From Candidatus Pacearchaeota archaeon (GTDB lineage: Archaea > Nanobdellota > Nanobdellia > Pacearchaeales > GW2011-AR1), in the NCBI GenBank assembly GCA_018303845.1, contig JAGVXH010000008.1:4092-68091 (forward strand): a stretch of 64,000 nt of DNA, given 5' to 3'. A program made the position numbers and the translations under genes. The notes under the pieces are model-generated. The model saw only the letters and a list, made by a program, of their open reading frames with translations. It ran no database searches and was not told where the DNA came from. Shown here in pieces: positions 1-8,870 of the stretch; within the stretch, counting starts at the first letter, position 1, and the number at the start of each line of letters is the position of its first letter.

Positions 1-1
1 G

Positions 2-601
2 ATTGTTGCGCGGGCTGATAAGGATAATATTGATTGGGCTGTTGAAAATGTTGAACGTGGGCTTAGGAATTCGCGAGACATGGAAGAGGGAAAAGAGGAT
101 TTTTCTGTTGAGAGTTTTACTGATATGATTGAGAGTTTTTCTACTGCTATGGATATTATAATTGGGTTTGTTGTTTTGATTGCTTTGATTTCGGTTGTTG
201 TTTCGGCGGTTAATACTGCGAATACTATGATTACTTCGGTGATTGAAAGGACTAAGGAGATTGGTGTGATTAAGTCAATTGGTGGAACGAATAGCGAAGT
301 GTTTGGGATTTTTTTGTTCGAAGCTGGATTCTTAGGATTTGTTGCTGGTGTGATTGGGGTTTTGCTTGGATGGGGTGCTGCTGCTCTTGGAGGATATATT
401 CTAGATAAAGGATTTTATCTTGTCTTATTTGGAAGAGAATTTGGGTTCGGTGGAGGATGGGGCTTTTTGGCTCCGGTGTTTCCTGGTTATTTATTTGGAG
501 GACTGATTGTGTTTGCGGTTTTGACGGGGGCGATTAGTGGAGCGATTCCGGCTTGGAATGCTAGTCGGACAAATATTGTAGATGCTTTGAGATATGAGTG
601 A
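2..601 (+). CDS. ABC transporter permease, FtsX/MacB type, C-terminal part (5' end lies outside the window)
   Basis: The frame is open from base 2. The translation shows the FtsX-family C-terminal helix bundle (SAVNTANTMITSVIERTKEIGVIKSIGGTNSEVFGIFLFEAGFLG ... IPAWNASRTNIVDALRYE). Confidence 0.7.
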   Translation: MVARADKDNIDWAVENVERGLRNSRDMEEGKEDFSVESFTDMIESFSTAMDIIIGFVVLIALISVVVSAVNTANTMITSVIERTKEIGVIKSIGGTNSEVFGIFLFEAGFLGFVAGVIGVLLGWGAAALGGYILDKGFYLVLFGREFGFGGGWGFLAPVFPGYLFGGLIVFAVLTGAISGAIPAWNASRTNIVDALRYE

Positions 602-626
602 CTATATTAGAGATTAGAATTTTGGC

Positions 627-1469
627 TTAATTACTTTTTTTAGACTTCTTGATTTTTCTAAAAATCCAATAACCTAATAATAAAACTATAGCTGCGTAGA
701 AAATATATGTTCCTGTTCCTGTTACTTTTTGATCAGCTTTTCTTTCTGTGAAATATGATGAATCGAAGTTAACTGTTTTTTCTACCGTTCGTCTTACATT
801 GATTGCATCTGAATAGATTAAGTTTACTTTGAACTGCCCGTCGGATAATATTGCCTCGAAGTCTGCAGATGTGTATTCGTTTGAATCTAAATCTCCTACT
901 ACAATTTTATTTGCTCCCTTAATTTGAATTGCATCTTGTTTTGGAATTTCTATTGCTAGTGCTTCTATGTCGGATTCTTTTATGTTTAGAACTTCTATTG
1001 TAATTTCATTTGTTGTATAGCTGTAATCTTTGATGTAGATTTCAAATTCTGCTCTGACGTCGTCTACTTCTATATTGAATGTTTTTGTAACTGGTGCGTC
1101 TCCTTTGCTTTGAACTCTTACTTCTATTGGGTTGCTTCCGTCGAGTGCGTCTTTGTTTATTCTTACTTCATATGGAATTAATAAATTTGTTTCGTAATCT
1201 TTTACGTAATCTAATTTTTTAAAAGTTCTAAGTCCTGATTCTCCTGGATTGAATTCTATTGGATAGTCTGATAATAGATTAAATGTTATATCTTTGCAGT
1301 CTGGTGAGTCTAGACCTTCGACTTGGAATACCAATTTCACATAATCACCTGGGACCGCTGGATAGGGATCTTGATTTAGAAGTGTTGTTGTTAGATCGCA
1401 CGCTGCTACTGCCGACGAGAGTCCTGCCGAAAATAACAGCAATAAAATTAATGTCACATCTTTTCTCAT
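627..1469 (-). CDS. Secreted surface protein with C-terminal TM anchor, COG1361/CARDB-like (function unknown)
   Basis: 280-aa ORF with an N-terminal signal peptide (LILLLLFSAGLSSAVAA) and a C-terminal TM plus basic tail (IFYAAIVLLLGYWIFRKIKKSKK). It lies convergent to the ABC permease, a common archaeal pairing. Confidence 0.5.
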   Translation of the reverse strand: MRKDVTLILLLLFSAGLSSAVAACDLTTTLLNQDPYPAVPGDYVKLVFQVEGLDSPDCKDITFNLLSDYPIEFNPGESGLRTFKKLDYVKDYETNLLIPYEVRINKDALDGSNPIEVRVQSKGDAPVTKTFNIEVDDVRAEFEIYIKDYSYTTNEITIEVLNIKESDIEALAIEIPKQDAIQIKGANKIVVGDLDSNEYTSADFEAILSDGQFKVNLIYSDAINVRRTVEKTVNFDSSYFTERKADQKVTGTGTYIFYAAIVLLLGYWIFRKIKKSKKSN

Positions 1470-1606
1470 TATTGTTAATGATGCCTTTTCTTTTTAAAGT
1501 TTGCTTATTGCCTTAGATTGTTATGTTTAATCTCATAAAAATTTAAAAAGGGATATGAACAGTTTGGTTAAGGTGTAATCTTAAAAGGGGTATACCAAAA
1601 AAAATC

Positions 1607-1840
1607 ATGGCAAAGAAATGTGTTTATTGTTCTGCTGGAATCGCGGAAACTTCCGTCGTGGATATGTGTGAGCGTTGCATGTATGGAGTTTGGGGCGAGA
1701 AGATGGCGAAGACTATTGTTGAAAGCATGGAGAGAGAAAAGAATGCTGGGAACTTGGAACTTGGTCAAGTTGGATCATCAACACCACAAGTAGTTAGTAT
1801 CAAATGCCCAGCTCCAAAAGACTCACTAAAGAAAAAATAA
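1607..1840 (+). CDS. Small zinc-ribbon protein (CxxC ... CxxC), function unknown
   Basis: 77-aa ORF containing CVYC ... CERC. Its coding-like composition differs from the antisense shadow ORF. Confidence 0.4.
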   Translation: MAKKCVYCSAGIAETSVVDMCERCMYGVWGEKMAKTIVESMEREKNAGNLELGQVGSSTPQVVSIKCPAPKDSLKKK

Positions 1841-2019
1841 TTTTAATAAGAATAGTGTCGAAGCGATTAGCGAAGAGGAATTAATGATGGAATATGCTCA
1901 CTAGTTGCAATTTGATAGGTTGCGGAAAACTTATAAAGGGAATTTTTCTTGATTTGATAGGACATGAAAGTGTTCGAGTTGATTGCAGCGATGAATAAGT
2001 TTCTGTAATTTAAAATACA

Positions 2020-2274
2020 ATGGCAAGAAGAGCAAAGAAGATAAGAGATAAGGGAAAGTTGAAGCTTAGTTCTTACTTTAAGATTATTGAAGATGGCGAG
2101 CGTGTTGCTATTGTCGACGAGAGAGGAATTCGTATGAGCTTTCCTCAAAGGCTTCGAGGAATGAGTGGAAAGGTTGTAAAGAGTCGTGGCAGATTTAAGG
2201 AAGTTGAAATTAAAGATGGTGGCAAGTTGAAGACTTTCATTATTCACCCTGCTCACTTGAAGGTGCTCGGATGA
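2020..2274 (+). CDS. rpl21e: 50S ribosomal protein L21e
   Basis: 84 aa, basic, with an SH3-like pattern (GERVAIVDE ... GKVVKSRGRFKEVEIKDGGKLKTFIIHPAHLK). It sits in the archaeal L21e-RpoF-DUF655 context. Confidence 0.85.
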   Translation: MARRAKKIRDKGKLKLSSYFKIIEDGERVAIVDERGIRMSFPQRLRGMSGKVVKSRGRFKEVEIKDGGKLKTFIIHPAHLKVLG

Positions 2275-2573
2275 TAAAAGATTCTAGGCCTGTTTGTATG
2301 GCTGAAGTTATAGGATTGGTCGGAGATTCTGATAAGGCTGAAGAGATTAAGAAGTTTATTAGAGGTTTTAATGTTTTAGATTTTGATAAGGCCGTTGAAT
2401 TGATGGATGAAATTAGGGCACTTAATTTGATGAAATTGAAAGAAGATTATATTGTAAAGATTGCAGATTTTGTTCCGACTAGTGCTGCTGAATTGAATAA
2501 GGTTATTATTGAGGTGTCCCTTGATCAGGACGAAGTAAATAAGATTTTGGAAGTTACCAAAAAATATAAGTGA
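2271..2573 (+). CDS. rpoF: DNA-directed RNA polymerase subunit F (Rpo4/RpoF)
   Basis: 100 aa with a 4-nt overlap onto L21e. The conserved archaeal position and Rpb4-like helical sequence (MAEV ... AEEIKKFI ... A.ELMDEI) support the call. Confidence 0.65.
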   Translation: MIKDSRPVCMAEVIGLVGDSDKAEEIKKFIRGFNVLDFDKAVELMDEIRALNLMKLKEDYIVKIADFVPTSAAELNKVIIEVSLDQDEVNKILEVTKKYK

Positions 2574-3115
2574 TCAAGATGGCGCGAGAAGATTATGCAA
2601 TTGTTTTAGACTTTTTGCCATATGGCTATCCTTTGGACAATCGTCGGATGCCCTTGGCTCAGGCTATTGGAATTAATGGACTTACTTTGCTACAATTAAT
2701 TCCACGACGAGGCGAAAAGTTTGATGCTGGGGAAAAGGTTTACATTGGGGATGGAAAGAGAGATAAGGTTCAATATATTTTGGGAAGATGCCCGAGAGAA
2801 AAGTTAACTGACGCTGCTAAGGATCGTTTGAAAGATTTTGTTACTGGTGCTGTTAAAGCCGACGAGGAAAGATTTGTGAAATTTTTTAACAAAGCACAAG
2901 CTATAAATACTCGACTTCACCAGTTCGAATTGTTGCCGGGATTGGGAAAGAAGCACACGGCTGCTATTCTTGAGGCACGAGAAGAGAAAGAATTTGAATC
3001 TTTCGACGACATTCGAGAAAGAGTCGCCAATATACCTGCACCTGAGAAGGTTATCGAGAAAAGGATAATGGAGGAGCTGACAGAAATTCAGCGGCACAAT
3101 TTGTTCATTGCATAA
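2570..3115 (+). CDS. DUF655-family RNA-binding protein (OB plus helix-hairpin-helix)
   Basis: 181 aa. It has the typical N-terminus DYAIVLDFLPYGYP and C-terminus LHQFELLPGLGKKHTAAILEAR, and the standard position after RpoF. Confidence 0.7.
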   Translation: MIKMAREDYAIVLDFLPYGYPLDNRRMPLAQAIGINGLTLLQLIPRRGEKFDAGEKVYIGDGKRDKVQYILGRCPREKLTDAAKDRLKDFVTGAVKADEERFVKFFNKAQAINTRLHQFELLPGLGKKHTAAILEAREEKEFESFDDIRERVANIPAPEKVIEKRIMEELTEIQRHNLFIA

Positions 3116-3596
3116 GATGGGAGAAAAGAAAGAATACGTAAGGAAGAAGGAAGAAGAAGTTACTCTTGTTAGAGTTCTTGGTCGAGACATTCGTGGAGAT
3201 ATTAAGATTAGGTCTGCTTTGACTAAAATTAATGGAATTTCGTGGGCGGTTTCTAATGCCGTTTGTAAAATTTTGGAATTGGATAAAGAAAAGAAAATTC
3301 AAGAATTCAGTAAGGATGAATTGGCTAGAATTGAAGATTTTATGAAAGCTCCGGAGCTTCCTTTGTTTTTGAAAAACAGAAGAAACGACCTTGATAGTGG
3401 AAAGGATTTGCATATGAGTGGTATGGATTTGAAGATGAGGAAAGAGTTTGATTTGAAGAGATTGAAGAAGATTAAGTCTTACAAGGGTATTCGACATAAT
3501 GTTGGTTTGCCTGTGCGAGGACAAAGAACTAAAGGAAATTTCAGACGAAATAGAAAACCATCTGTTGCGGCTGCAAAGAAGAAGGTGAAAGTATAA
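3108..3596 (+). CDS. rps13: 30S ribosomal protein S13 (the start may be the ATG at 3117)
   Basis: Contains LVRVLGRDIRGDIKIRSALTKINGI ... YKGIRHNVGLPVRGQRTKGNFRR. It is the first gene of the S13-S4-S11-RpoD block. Confidence 0.9.
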   Translation: MHKMGEKKEYVRKKEEEVTLVRVLGRDIRGDIKIRSALTKINGISWAVSNAVCKILELDKEKKIQEFSKDELARIEDFMKAPELPLFLKNRRNDLDSGKDLHMSGMDLKMRKEFDLKRLKKIKSYKGIRHNVGLPVRGQRTKGNFRRNRKPSVAAAKKKVKV

Positions 3597-3597
3597 G

Positions 3598-4104
3598 ATG
3601 GGAGATATAAGGAAGAAGCATAAAATGTTTAGTCGGCCTAAAAAGTTATTTGACCGAGCTAGAATGGATGAAGAGAATATTCTTGTTAAGAAATATGGGC
3701 TAAAAAATAAGCGAGAGATTTGGAAAGCTAAGAGTGCAGTTTCTGGGATGAGACGAAGGGCTAAGAGTTTAATTGGGAAAAGTGATGAAGACCAGAGAGC
3801 ATTTTTTGATAAATTGAATAAAAAGGGTATGAATGTTGTTAATATTTCTGATGTTTTGGCTTTGACTGAAGAGAATATTTTTGCGAGACGACTTCAGACT
3901 TTTGTTTTCAAAAAGAAATTGGCGACAACAGTTAATGGAGCTCGACAGTTAATTGTTCATAAGAATGTTTTAGTTGATGGTAAGGTTGTTAATATTCCTT
4001 CGTTTGTTGTGACGCTAGATTTGGAAAATAAGCTTTCTTTGAAGGAGCGAGCTGTTAAGGTTGGAAAAAAAATTGAAGCGGAAGACGTGGAGGATGCAGA
4101 ATAA
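3598..4104 (+). CDS. rps4: 30S ribosomal protein S4
   Basis: Contains GDIRKKHKMFSRPKK ... YGLKNKREIWKA ... an S4 RNA-binding domain (ARQLIVHKNVLVDGKVVNIPSFVV). Confidence 0.9.
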   Translation: MGDIRKKHKMFSRPKKLFDRARMDEENILVKKYGLKNKREIWKAKSAVSGMRRRAKSLIGKSDEDQRAFFDKLNKKGMNVVNISDVLALTEENIFARRLQTFVFKKKLATTVNGARQLIVHKNVLVDGKVVNIPSFVVTLDLENKLSLKERAVKVGKKIEAEDVEDAE

Positions 4105-4490
4105 TGGCAAAAGTTGAAGAGAATGTGGGGATTGTGAATGTTTATGCGAGTTTTAACAATACGATTGCGACTGTGACTGACTTGGCTGGGAACACAATTG
4201 GGCGAACTAGTGGTGGGCAGATTACTAAGCATGACAGAATGAGAGCGAACCCGACAATTGCTATGTTTATCGCAAAGAAGATTATTGAAATTTGCAGAGA
4301 CTACAAGATTACATCTGTTTATGTTAGAATGAAAGGACAGACTGGTGAGACTGGAATTGGACCTGGGGCTGGTGCGATTACTAGGACTTTGACGAAAGAA
4401 GGAATGAAGATTTTAAGTATGGCGGAGACGACATGTGTTCCAAGGGGCGGTCCAAAGAAACAAGGAGGTCGAAGAGGTCGAAGACCATAA
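4104..4490 (+). CDS. rps11: 30S ribosomal protein S11
   Basis: Contains GIVNVYASFNNTIATVTDLAGNTI ... GPGAGAITRTL. Confidence 0.9.
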   Translation: MAKVEENVGIVNVYASFNNTIATVTDLAGNTIGRTSGGQITKHDRMRANPTIAMFIAKKIIEICRDYKITSVYVRMKGQTGETGIGPGAGAITRTLTKEGMKILSMAETTCVPRGGPKKQGGRRGRRP

Positions 4491-4523
4491 GGTTTTAAAC
4501 TGAAACTTTGATAAAATATTAAA

Positions 4524-5231
4524 ATGGAAATTATAAAAAATACAAACGAGGAAGTTGTTTTTACAACTAATATCAATGTGAGTTTGGCTAATGCTATACG
4601 AAGAAGTGTTGGCGAGATTCCGGTTTTGGCTGTTGTTGAATGTGATATTTATAAGAATGATTCTGCTCTTTACGATGAGATTATTTCGCATCGATTGGGT
4701 TTGGTTAGTTTGAAAAATCAGAAGATGAAGAAAGATGAATCGGTTGAATTTAAGTTGAAAGCTAAGGGGAAGGGCGATGGGGAGATGGTTTTGGCTGGAG
4801 AAATGGGAGAAGAAGTTGTTTATCCTGATACTCCGATTGTATTATTGGGGGAAGGTCAGGTTTTAGAATTGGTTGCTCGAGCTAGGGCTGGGAAAGGAAT
4901 TGATCATGCTAAATTTATGCCTGGGCTTGCTTATTATAAACATTTACCTAAGATTAAGATTTCTGGAGAGGGCGAGAAACAAACTGAATTGGCGAGTTTG
5001 CATCCTGAAGTTTTTGAAATGTACGGCAATAAGATTAAAGTAAAAGATGCTTGGAAATGTGATTTGGATAATGAGGATATGGAAGAATACAGTGGAGTTT
5101 CGATTTCTTTTGATGATAAGTTAGTTTTCGTTATTGAATCATGGGGGCAGATTGAGGCTAAGAAAATTTTTGTGGAGGCTTGTAAGGCACTGAAAGATAA
5201 TATTCTCGAGGTTTCTAAAGTTTTGAAGTAA
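4524..5231 (+). CDS. rpoD: DNA-directed RNA polymerase subunit D (Rpo3), apparently without the Fe-S cluster cysteines
   Basis: Contains LANAIRRSVGEIPVLAV ... DEIISHRLGLV ... ARAGKGIDHAKF, in the conserved position after S11. Only isolated Cys residues occur in the domain-3 region. Confidence 0.85.
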   Translation: MEIIKNTNEEVVFTTNINVSLANAIRRSVGEIPVLAVVECDIYKNDSALYDEIISHRLGLVSLKNQKMKKDESVEFKLKAKGKGDGEMVLAGEMGEEVVYPDTPIVLLGEGQVLELVARARAGKGIDHAKFMPGLAYYKHLPKIKISGEGEKQTELASLHPEVFEMYGNKIKVKDAWKCDLDNEDMEEYSGVSISFDDKLVFVIESWGQIEAKKIFVEACKALKDNILEVSKVLK

Positions 5232-5232
5232 T

Positions 5233-5595
5233 ATGGAAATTGCAATTAGTAAAACTAAAATTGAAAAGAGAATGCGTGGGAAATTGGACGACGAATTGAT
5301 TAATGCGATTGTTAAGCTGAAAAAGACAAATGTTGAAATGGCAAAAGAATTGGCACGACCTAAAAGACGATGGCCTTCTTTGAATTTGAAAGATATTGAT
5401 ATGGTTAAAGGAGACGTTTTGATTGCTGGTAAAGTTTTGAGTGCTGGAGATTTAAGTGCTCCTAAGAAGATTGTTGCTTGGGCTGCAAGCGATAAGGCTT
5501 TGGCTAAGATTAAAGATGCAAAAGGGACTTTTGTTTCTATTATTGAAGAAATGAAGACTAATCCTGAATTAAATGGTTTTAATATTTTAAGATGA
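5233..5595 (+). CDS. rpl18e: 50S ribosomal protein L18e
   Basis: 120 aa in the conserved position. Contains ELARPKRRWPSLNL ... IAGKVLSAGDL. Confidence 0.8.
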   Translation: MEIAISKTKIEKRMRGKLDDELINAIVKLKKTNVEMAKELARPKRRWPSLNLKDIDMVKGDVLIAGKVLSAGDLSAPKKIVAWAASDKALAKIKDAKGTFVSIIEEMKTNPELNGFNILR

Positions 5596-5831
5596 GTCCC
5601 GTAGGAGAGAGTGCCGTTAGAAATGTTGTTTATTCTGGTATTATAGTTACAGATGCTGGAAAACCTTCTCAAACTATTGAACTATATGGACCTGGAAATT
5701 TTGCACAAGGGAATTATAAAAGTAGGATTGATGAACTTCATGCAATGAAATGTGATCATACTTACCTTTGGAAAACTGGACGACATACTAAGAGTGAACT
5801 TCTTGAAAGCGTGGGGTGTAAAGATGAGTAA
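5592..5831 (+). CDS. Hypothetical 79-aa protein inserted between L18e and L13
   Basis: Its ATG overlaps the L18e stop (ATGA), and its stop overlaps the L13 start by 8 nt. I recognise no family. Confidence 0.35.
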   Translation: MSPVGESAVRNVVYSGIIVTDAGKPSQTIELYGPGNFAQGNYKSRIDELHAMKCDHTYLWKTGRHTKSELLESVGCKDE

Positions 5832-6252
5832 AATTGTTTATGATGGAAGTGAAGCTGTTTTTGGCAGGCTTGCGAGTTTAGTTGCTAAGGATTTGTTAAA
5901 TGGTAATTCTGTTGATGTTATTAATTGTGAGAAGATTATAGTTTCTGGGGATAAGAAGTTGTTTGTTGCGAAGGTTTTGCAGAAGAGAGAGATGGGGACT
6001 GGTGGTTCTATGAAAGGGCCTAAATATCCGCGTGCTGCTGATAGATTAATTAAGCGAATGATTCGAGGTATGCTTCCTTGGGATAGGGCTAAGGGGCGAA
6101 AGGCTTATGAGAATTTGAGATGTTATGTTGGCGGGGATGCCAAGAATGTTGTTAAGTTGAATCATAGGAAGCCGATGAGGTTTTCGACAGTTGAAGAAAT
6201 TGTAAAATCATTAGGTGTTCATAAGGTTACAAGTGTTGGAGGGGCTAAATAA
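5824..6252 (+). CDS. rpl13: 50S ribosomal protein L13
   Basis: MSKIVYDGSEAVFGRLAS is the canonical L13 N-terminus. The upstream ATG at 5752 would add a non-conserved extension. Confidence 0.9.
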   Translation: MSKIVYDGSEAVFGRLASLVAKDLLNGNSVDVINCEKIIVSGDKKLFVAKVLQKREMGTGGSMKGPKYPRAADRLIKRMIRGMLPWDRAKGRKAYENLRCYVGGDAKNVVKLNHRKPMRFSTVEEIVKSLGVHKVTSVGGAK

Positions 6253-6656
6253 TGGCGATTAAAATGGTTGTTTCTGGGAAGAGGAAGACTGCGGTTGCTA
6301 AGGCTACGATTGGTGAAGGAACAGGTGTTGTTAGTTTTAACAAAAGACCATTGGAGTATTTGACTAGTTTGCAGAGATTGGAAATTAGCGAACCTTTGAT
6401 TATTGCTAAAGAGGTTTTGGGAAAATTGGATTTTGATGTTGCTTTGAATGTTAGGGGTGGCGGGACGGCTTGTCAGGTTGAGGCTGGAAGGTTGGCGCTT
6501 GCTAAGGCTATTGTTGATTGGAGTAAGAAAGAAGAGGTTAGAAATGCTTTTTTGTCTTATGATAGGAATATGTTAATTGCTGATACTCGACGAAAAGAGG
6601 CTTGTAAGCCTGGGGATTCTAAGGCAAGGGCTAGCAGACAGACTAGTTTCCGTTAA
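6252..6656 (+). CDS. rps9: 30S ribosomal protein S9
   Basis: Contains GKRKTAVAKA ... GGGTACQVEAGRLALAKAIV ... DTRRKEACKPG ... ARASRQTSFR. Confidence 0.9.
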   Translation: MAIKMVVSGKRKTAVAKATIGEGTGVVSFNKRPLEYLTSLQRLEISEPLIIAKEVLGKLDFDVALNVRGGGTACQVEAGRLALAKAIVDWSKKEEVRNAFLSYDRNMLIADTRRKEACKPGDSKARASRQTSFR

Positions 6657-6799
6657 TCGAGACCAGTATAATAATTTATTTGTGTTAAAGTGTAATATAT
6701 TTTTGTTATAATTTAGATTTATATTTAGGATGGTCGAATCGAAATTTATTGGGATAAGGAATAATGGTGTTCTCTCAAATGAGATGAGAAGAAAAGGTT

Positions 6800-7237
6800 T
6801 TACTGCTCTATTTTGTAATTTCCAGTAGAATTGAATGAGGTCAGTATTGCTGCTGATTCATATAAAGTGACAGGAGGCACTCCCATTAAATTGATGCTGG
6901 ATTTTTTTAGGTGCTCTCTATGGAGTGCTAGACAGGAATTATTTGAGATTCTTTCTAATAAAGTGTCTTTCCCTTCGAAAGGAGAAGCTAAGTCTAAAAG
7001 ACGAAGAAAATCCTCTGACGTATATGGATGTGTCATTTCCATTACTTTTTTATGATCTGTTCCTCTTATAATAAAGGGATTTCCTACTATCGAAGGATGG
7101 GCAGCTCCTAGCCTCCAGTTCCAATCTTTAATTTTTGTTCCCGGAGAATAAATATCACATTTCGGATAAAATATGTATTGGTATCCATTAGCGTCTTTTT
7201 CCATACTCAGGGTTCCTGCTAATAATTTTTTTTCCAT
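6800..7237 (-). CDS. Hypothetical protein (145 aa), co-directional with the recombinase-domain gene
   Basis: Long ORF with no signal peptide and no recognised family. It lies 24 nt downstream of the 7262-7831 gene. Confidence 0.4.
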   Translation of the reverse strand: MEKKLLAGTLSMEKDANGYQYIFYPKCDIYSPGTKIKDWNWRLGAAHPSIVGNPFIIRGTDHKKVMEMTHPYTSEDFLRLLDLASPFEGKDTLLERISNNSCLALHREHLKKSSINLMGVPPVTLYESAAILTSFNSTGNYKIEQ

Positions 7238-7261
7238 GAGTTGTCTTATTCCAATTACTTT

Positions 7262-7831
7262 TTAATTATTATTGTGCTCTATTTTATTAATATGTAAATT
7301 CTTTTTTCTTGGGCTTAAGTAGTCTTTTAATTTTCTTTGTGCTGCGTAGAATATTTCTGGATTGATGATTGCTTGATGATTGCCACGGAAGATTTTGCCG
7401 TCGAATTTTATTTCGCCTAGATAGGTTCTGTTGGTTAGGACTTTTTTTAGACCGTTAACTGAGAGAGAGAAGTTTTTAGAGAGGGAGTTTAGGGAATAGT
7501 TTTTTGAGAGGAAGGTTTTGTAGATAGAACGGACACGAATAGAATCTTGATTTGGTATTAAATTGCCTTGGTTGATGTCGTAGCCTAATGGCGGTCTGCC
7601 TTGAGGCTTTCCTTTTTTTGCTTGGGAATCCATTCCTATTTTTTGCTTATGTCCTCTGGTTTGTCCGTAATTTCTGAAAGTATCTAGGATTTTCCAATCT
7701 ACTTTTTCGTTGGTATAATTTTGGAAGTCTATTGGGTTTGAAGGTGCAAAGGTTGCGCAGATTTTACAAAGCGAAGAGCCGAATAGCTTGGCTTCTTTTT
7801 TTCCCGAATATCCGCATTTTTTGCATGACAT
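7262..7831 (-). CDS. Zinc-ribbon plus 'Recombinase'-domain protein lacking the serine-recombinase (resolvase) catalytic domain
   Basis: CKKCG ... CKIC at the N-terminus, then GRPPLGYD ... IRVRSIYKTFL ... SLNSL ... LKKVLTNRTYLGEIKF ... GNHQAIINPEIFYAAQ. This matches the large-serine-recombinase 'Recombinase' domain. No YxRVSxxxQ-type catalytic N-domain is present. Confidence 0.6.
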   Translation of the reverse strand: MSCKKCGYSGKKEAKLFGSSLCKICATFAPSNPIDFQNYTNEKVDWKILDTFRNYGQTRGHKQKIGMDSQAKKGKPQGRPPLGYDINQGNLIPNQDSIRVRSIYKTFLSKNYSLNSLSKNFSLSVNGLKKVLTNRTYLGEIKFDGKIFRGNHQAIINPEIFYAAQRKLKDYLSPRKKNLHINKIEHNNN

Positions 7832-7873
7832 TATAACAATTGTTTTGAATGGTTTAAATCTATTGTGATAGAA

Positions 7874-8863
7874 TTAGTTTCCAGATGCTTGTGTTGCTCC
7901 GAAAATTATTGATCCGTTGCATGTTCCGGCTACTCCTCTTGGAACGTAGATTCTCCAATAAGATTCTTTTATTGCGTCATTTACCACATCGTCAGTACGA
8001 TAGTTTAATTCAAACCGTTTGGTTACTGCTGCACTTGTTAGGTTTATATAATTAGTTTCGAATGCGGAAAGAGAAAGTGGGCCCGTGGTACTTGCTGTTA
8101 AGTTGTATTTTTCGAATTCTATTGGAATGTAGCCTATATTCCCCAAGCTGCAATTCATTGCTATCCCGTCTCCTTGAGTTGTCCCGTAACCTTCTAATGT
8201 TAAATTTATTTGTACATTTCCAAAATTTGTTATGTTTGTTATGTTTTCATTGGAAACAAATGTTGCGTTAACCGTTCCATATTCTATTACGTCTGGCAAA
8301 CCTAATGCTAGAAGTGGGGAAACTGTTATATCATCTGTTAAATTGCTTGTCCAATCCATTGTGTCTATTGCCGTTACTTCGCATACCCAATCCTCTGGGT
8401 TTGCATAATATTGTACTTGAAATGTGCAATTCGCCAAAGAGTGATATGGATCATCTGCATATCCATTGAAACCAGATGTGTCTGCGATTAATTCGCATGA
8501 TGAATTTGAGTAATGATCATTGTTGTCATTTGCATCTCCTGGAGATGATGCTACCGAATCGTAAAATGTTGCGTTTGCCAATGTTACATCGGCATCTCCG
8601 TTGTATTCTCTTATTACTGCCACGCAAGATACTTTCGTTGTTGCGTTTGGTGTTAATGCAATAGATGCTGCATCATCGTTTATACTTACGTTGATGATGT
8701 CTGGATATGTATTTCCTATTGTTAGGTTGGTTATTACTATGGTACTGGGTGAGCCGATTCCTGCGATTACATTATTTGGAATGAATGTGAAAAGTGCGAG
8801 AAGGAGAGAAACTTCTAGGAAGATTAGACTTACTCCTATTATTATTTCATTTTTTTTCATCAT
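7874..8863 (-). CDS. Secreted protein, local family A (paralog of the C-terminal two-thirds of 38804-39985)
   Basis: Signal/anchor at the N-terminus. Motifs shared with the 393-aa protein: NNDHYSNSSC/NNNHYTNSTC, NCTFQVQYYANPEDWVCEV/NCTFQIEYYADSGNWQCQI, NFGNVQINLTLEGYG/NYGNIQINLTLNGYG, YWRIYVPRG ... C.G.IIFGATQ/YWRVYVPQG ... C.G.IVFAATQ. Confidence 0.75.
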   Translation of the reverse strand: MMKKNEIIIGVSLIFLEVSLLLALFTFIPNNVIAGIGSPSTIVITNLTIGNTYPDIINVSINDDAASIALTPNATTKVSCVAVIREYNGDADVTLANATFYDSVASSPGDANDNNDHYSNSSCELIADTSGFNGYADDPYHSLANCTFQVQYYANPEDWVCEVTAIDTMDWTSNLTDDITVSPLLALGLPDVIEYGTVNATFVSNENITNITNFGNVQINLTLEGYGTTQGDGIAMNCSLGNIGYIPIEFEKYNLTASTTGPLSLSAFETNYINLTSAAVTKRFELNYRTDDVVNDAIKESYWRIYVPRGVAGTCNGSIIFGATQASGN

Positions 8864-8870
8864 GTTCCAT

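Noticed and set aside
1841-2019. Possible small RNA or tRNA in the 180-nt gap before L21e (10-mer atttgatagg repeated at 1911 and 1953), and in other gaps such as 6657-6799
   Set aside because: I could fold no cloverleaf, C/D-box (RUGAUGA ... CUGA) or other recognisable RNA signature by eye. The short repeat alone is insufficient.
5752-5823. Upstream start for L13
   Set aside because: It adds 24 non-conserved residues. The canonical L13 N-terminus begins at ATG 5824.
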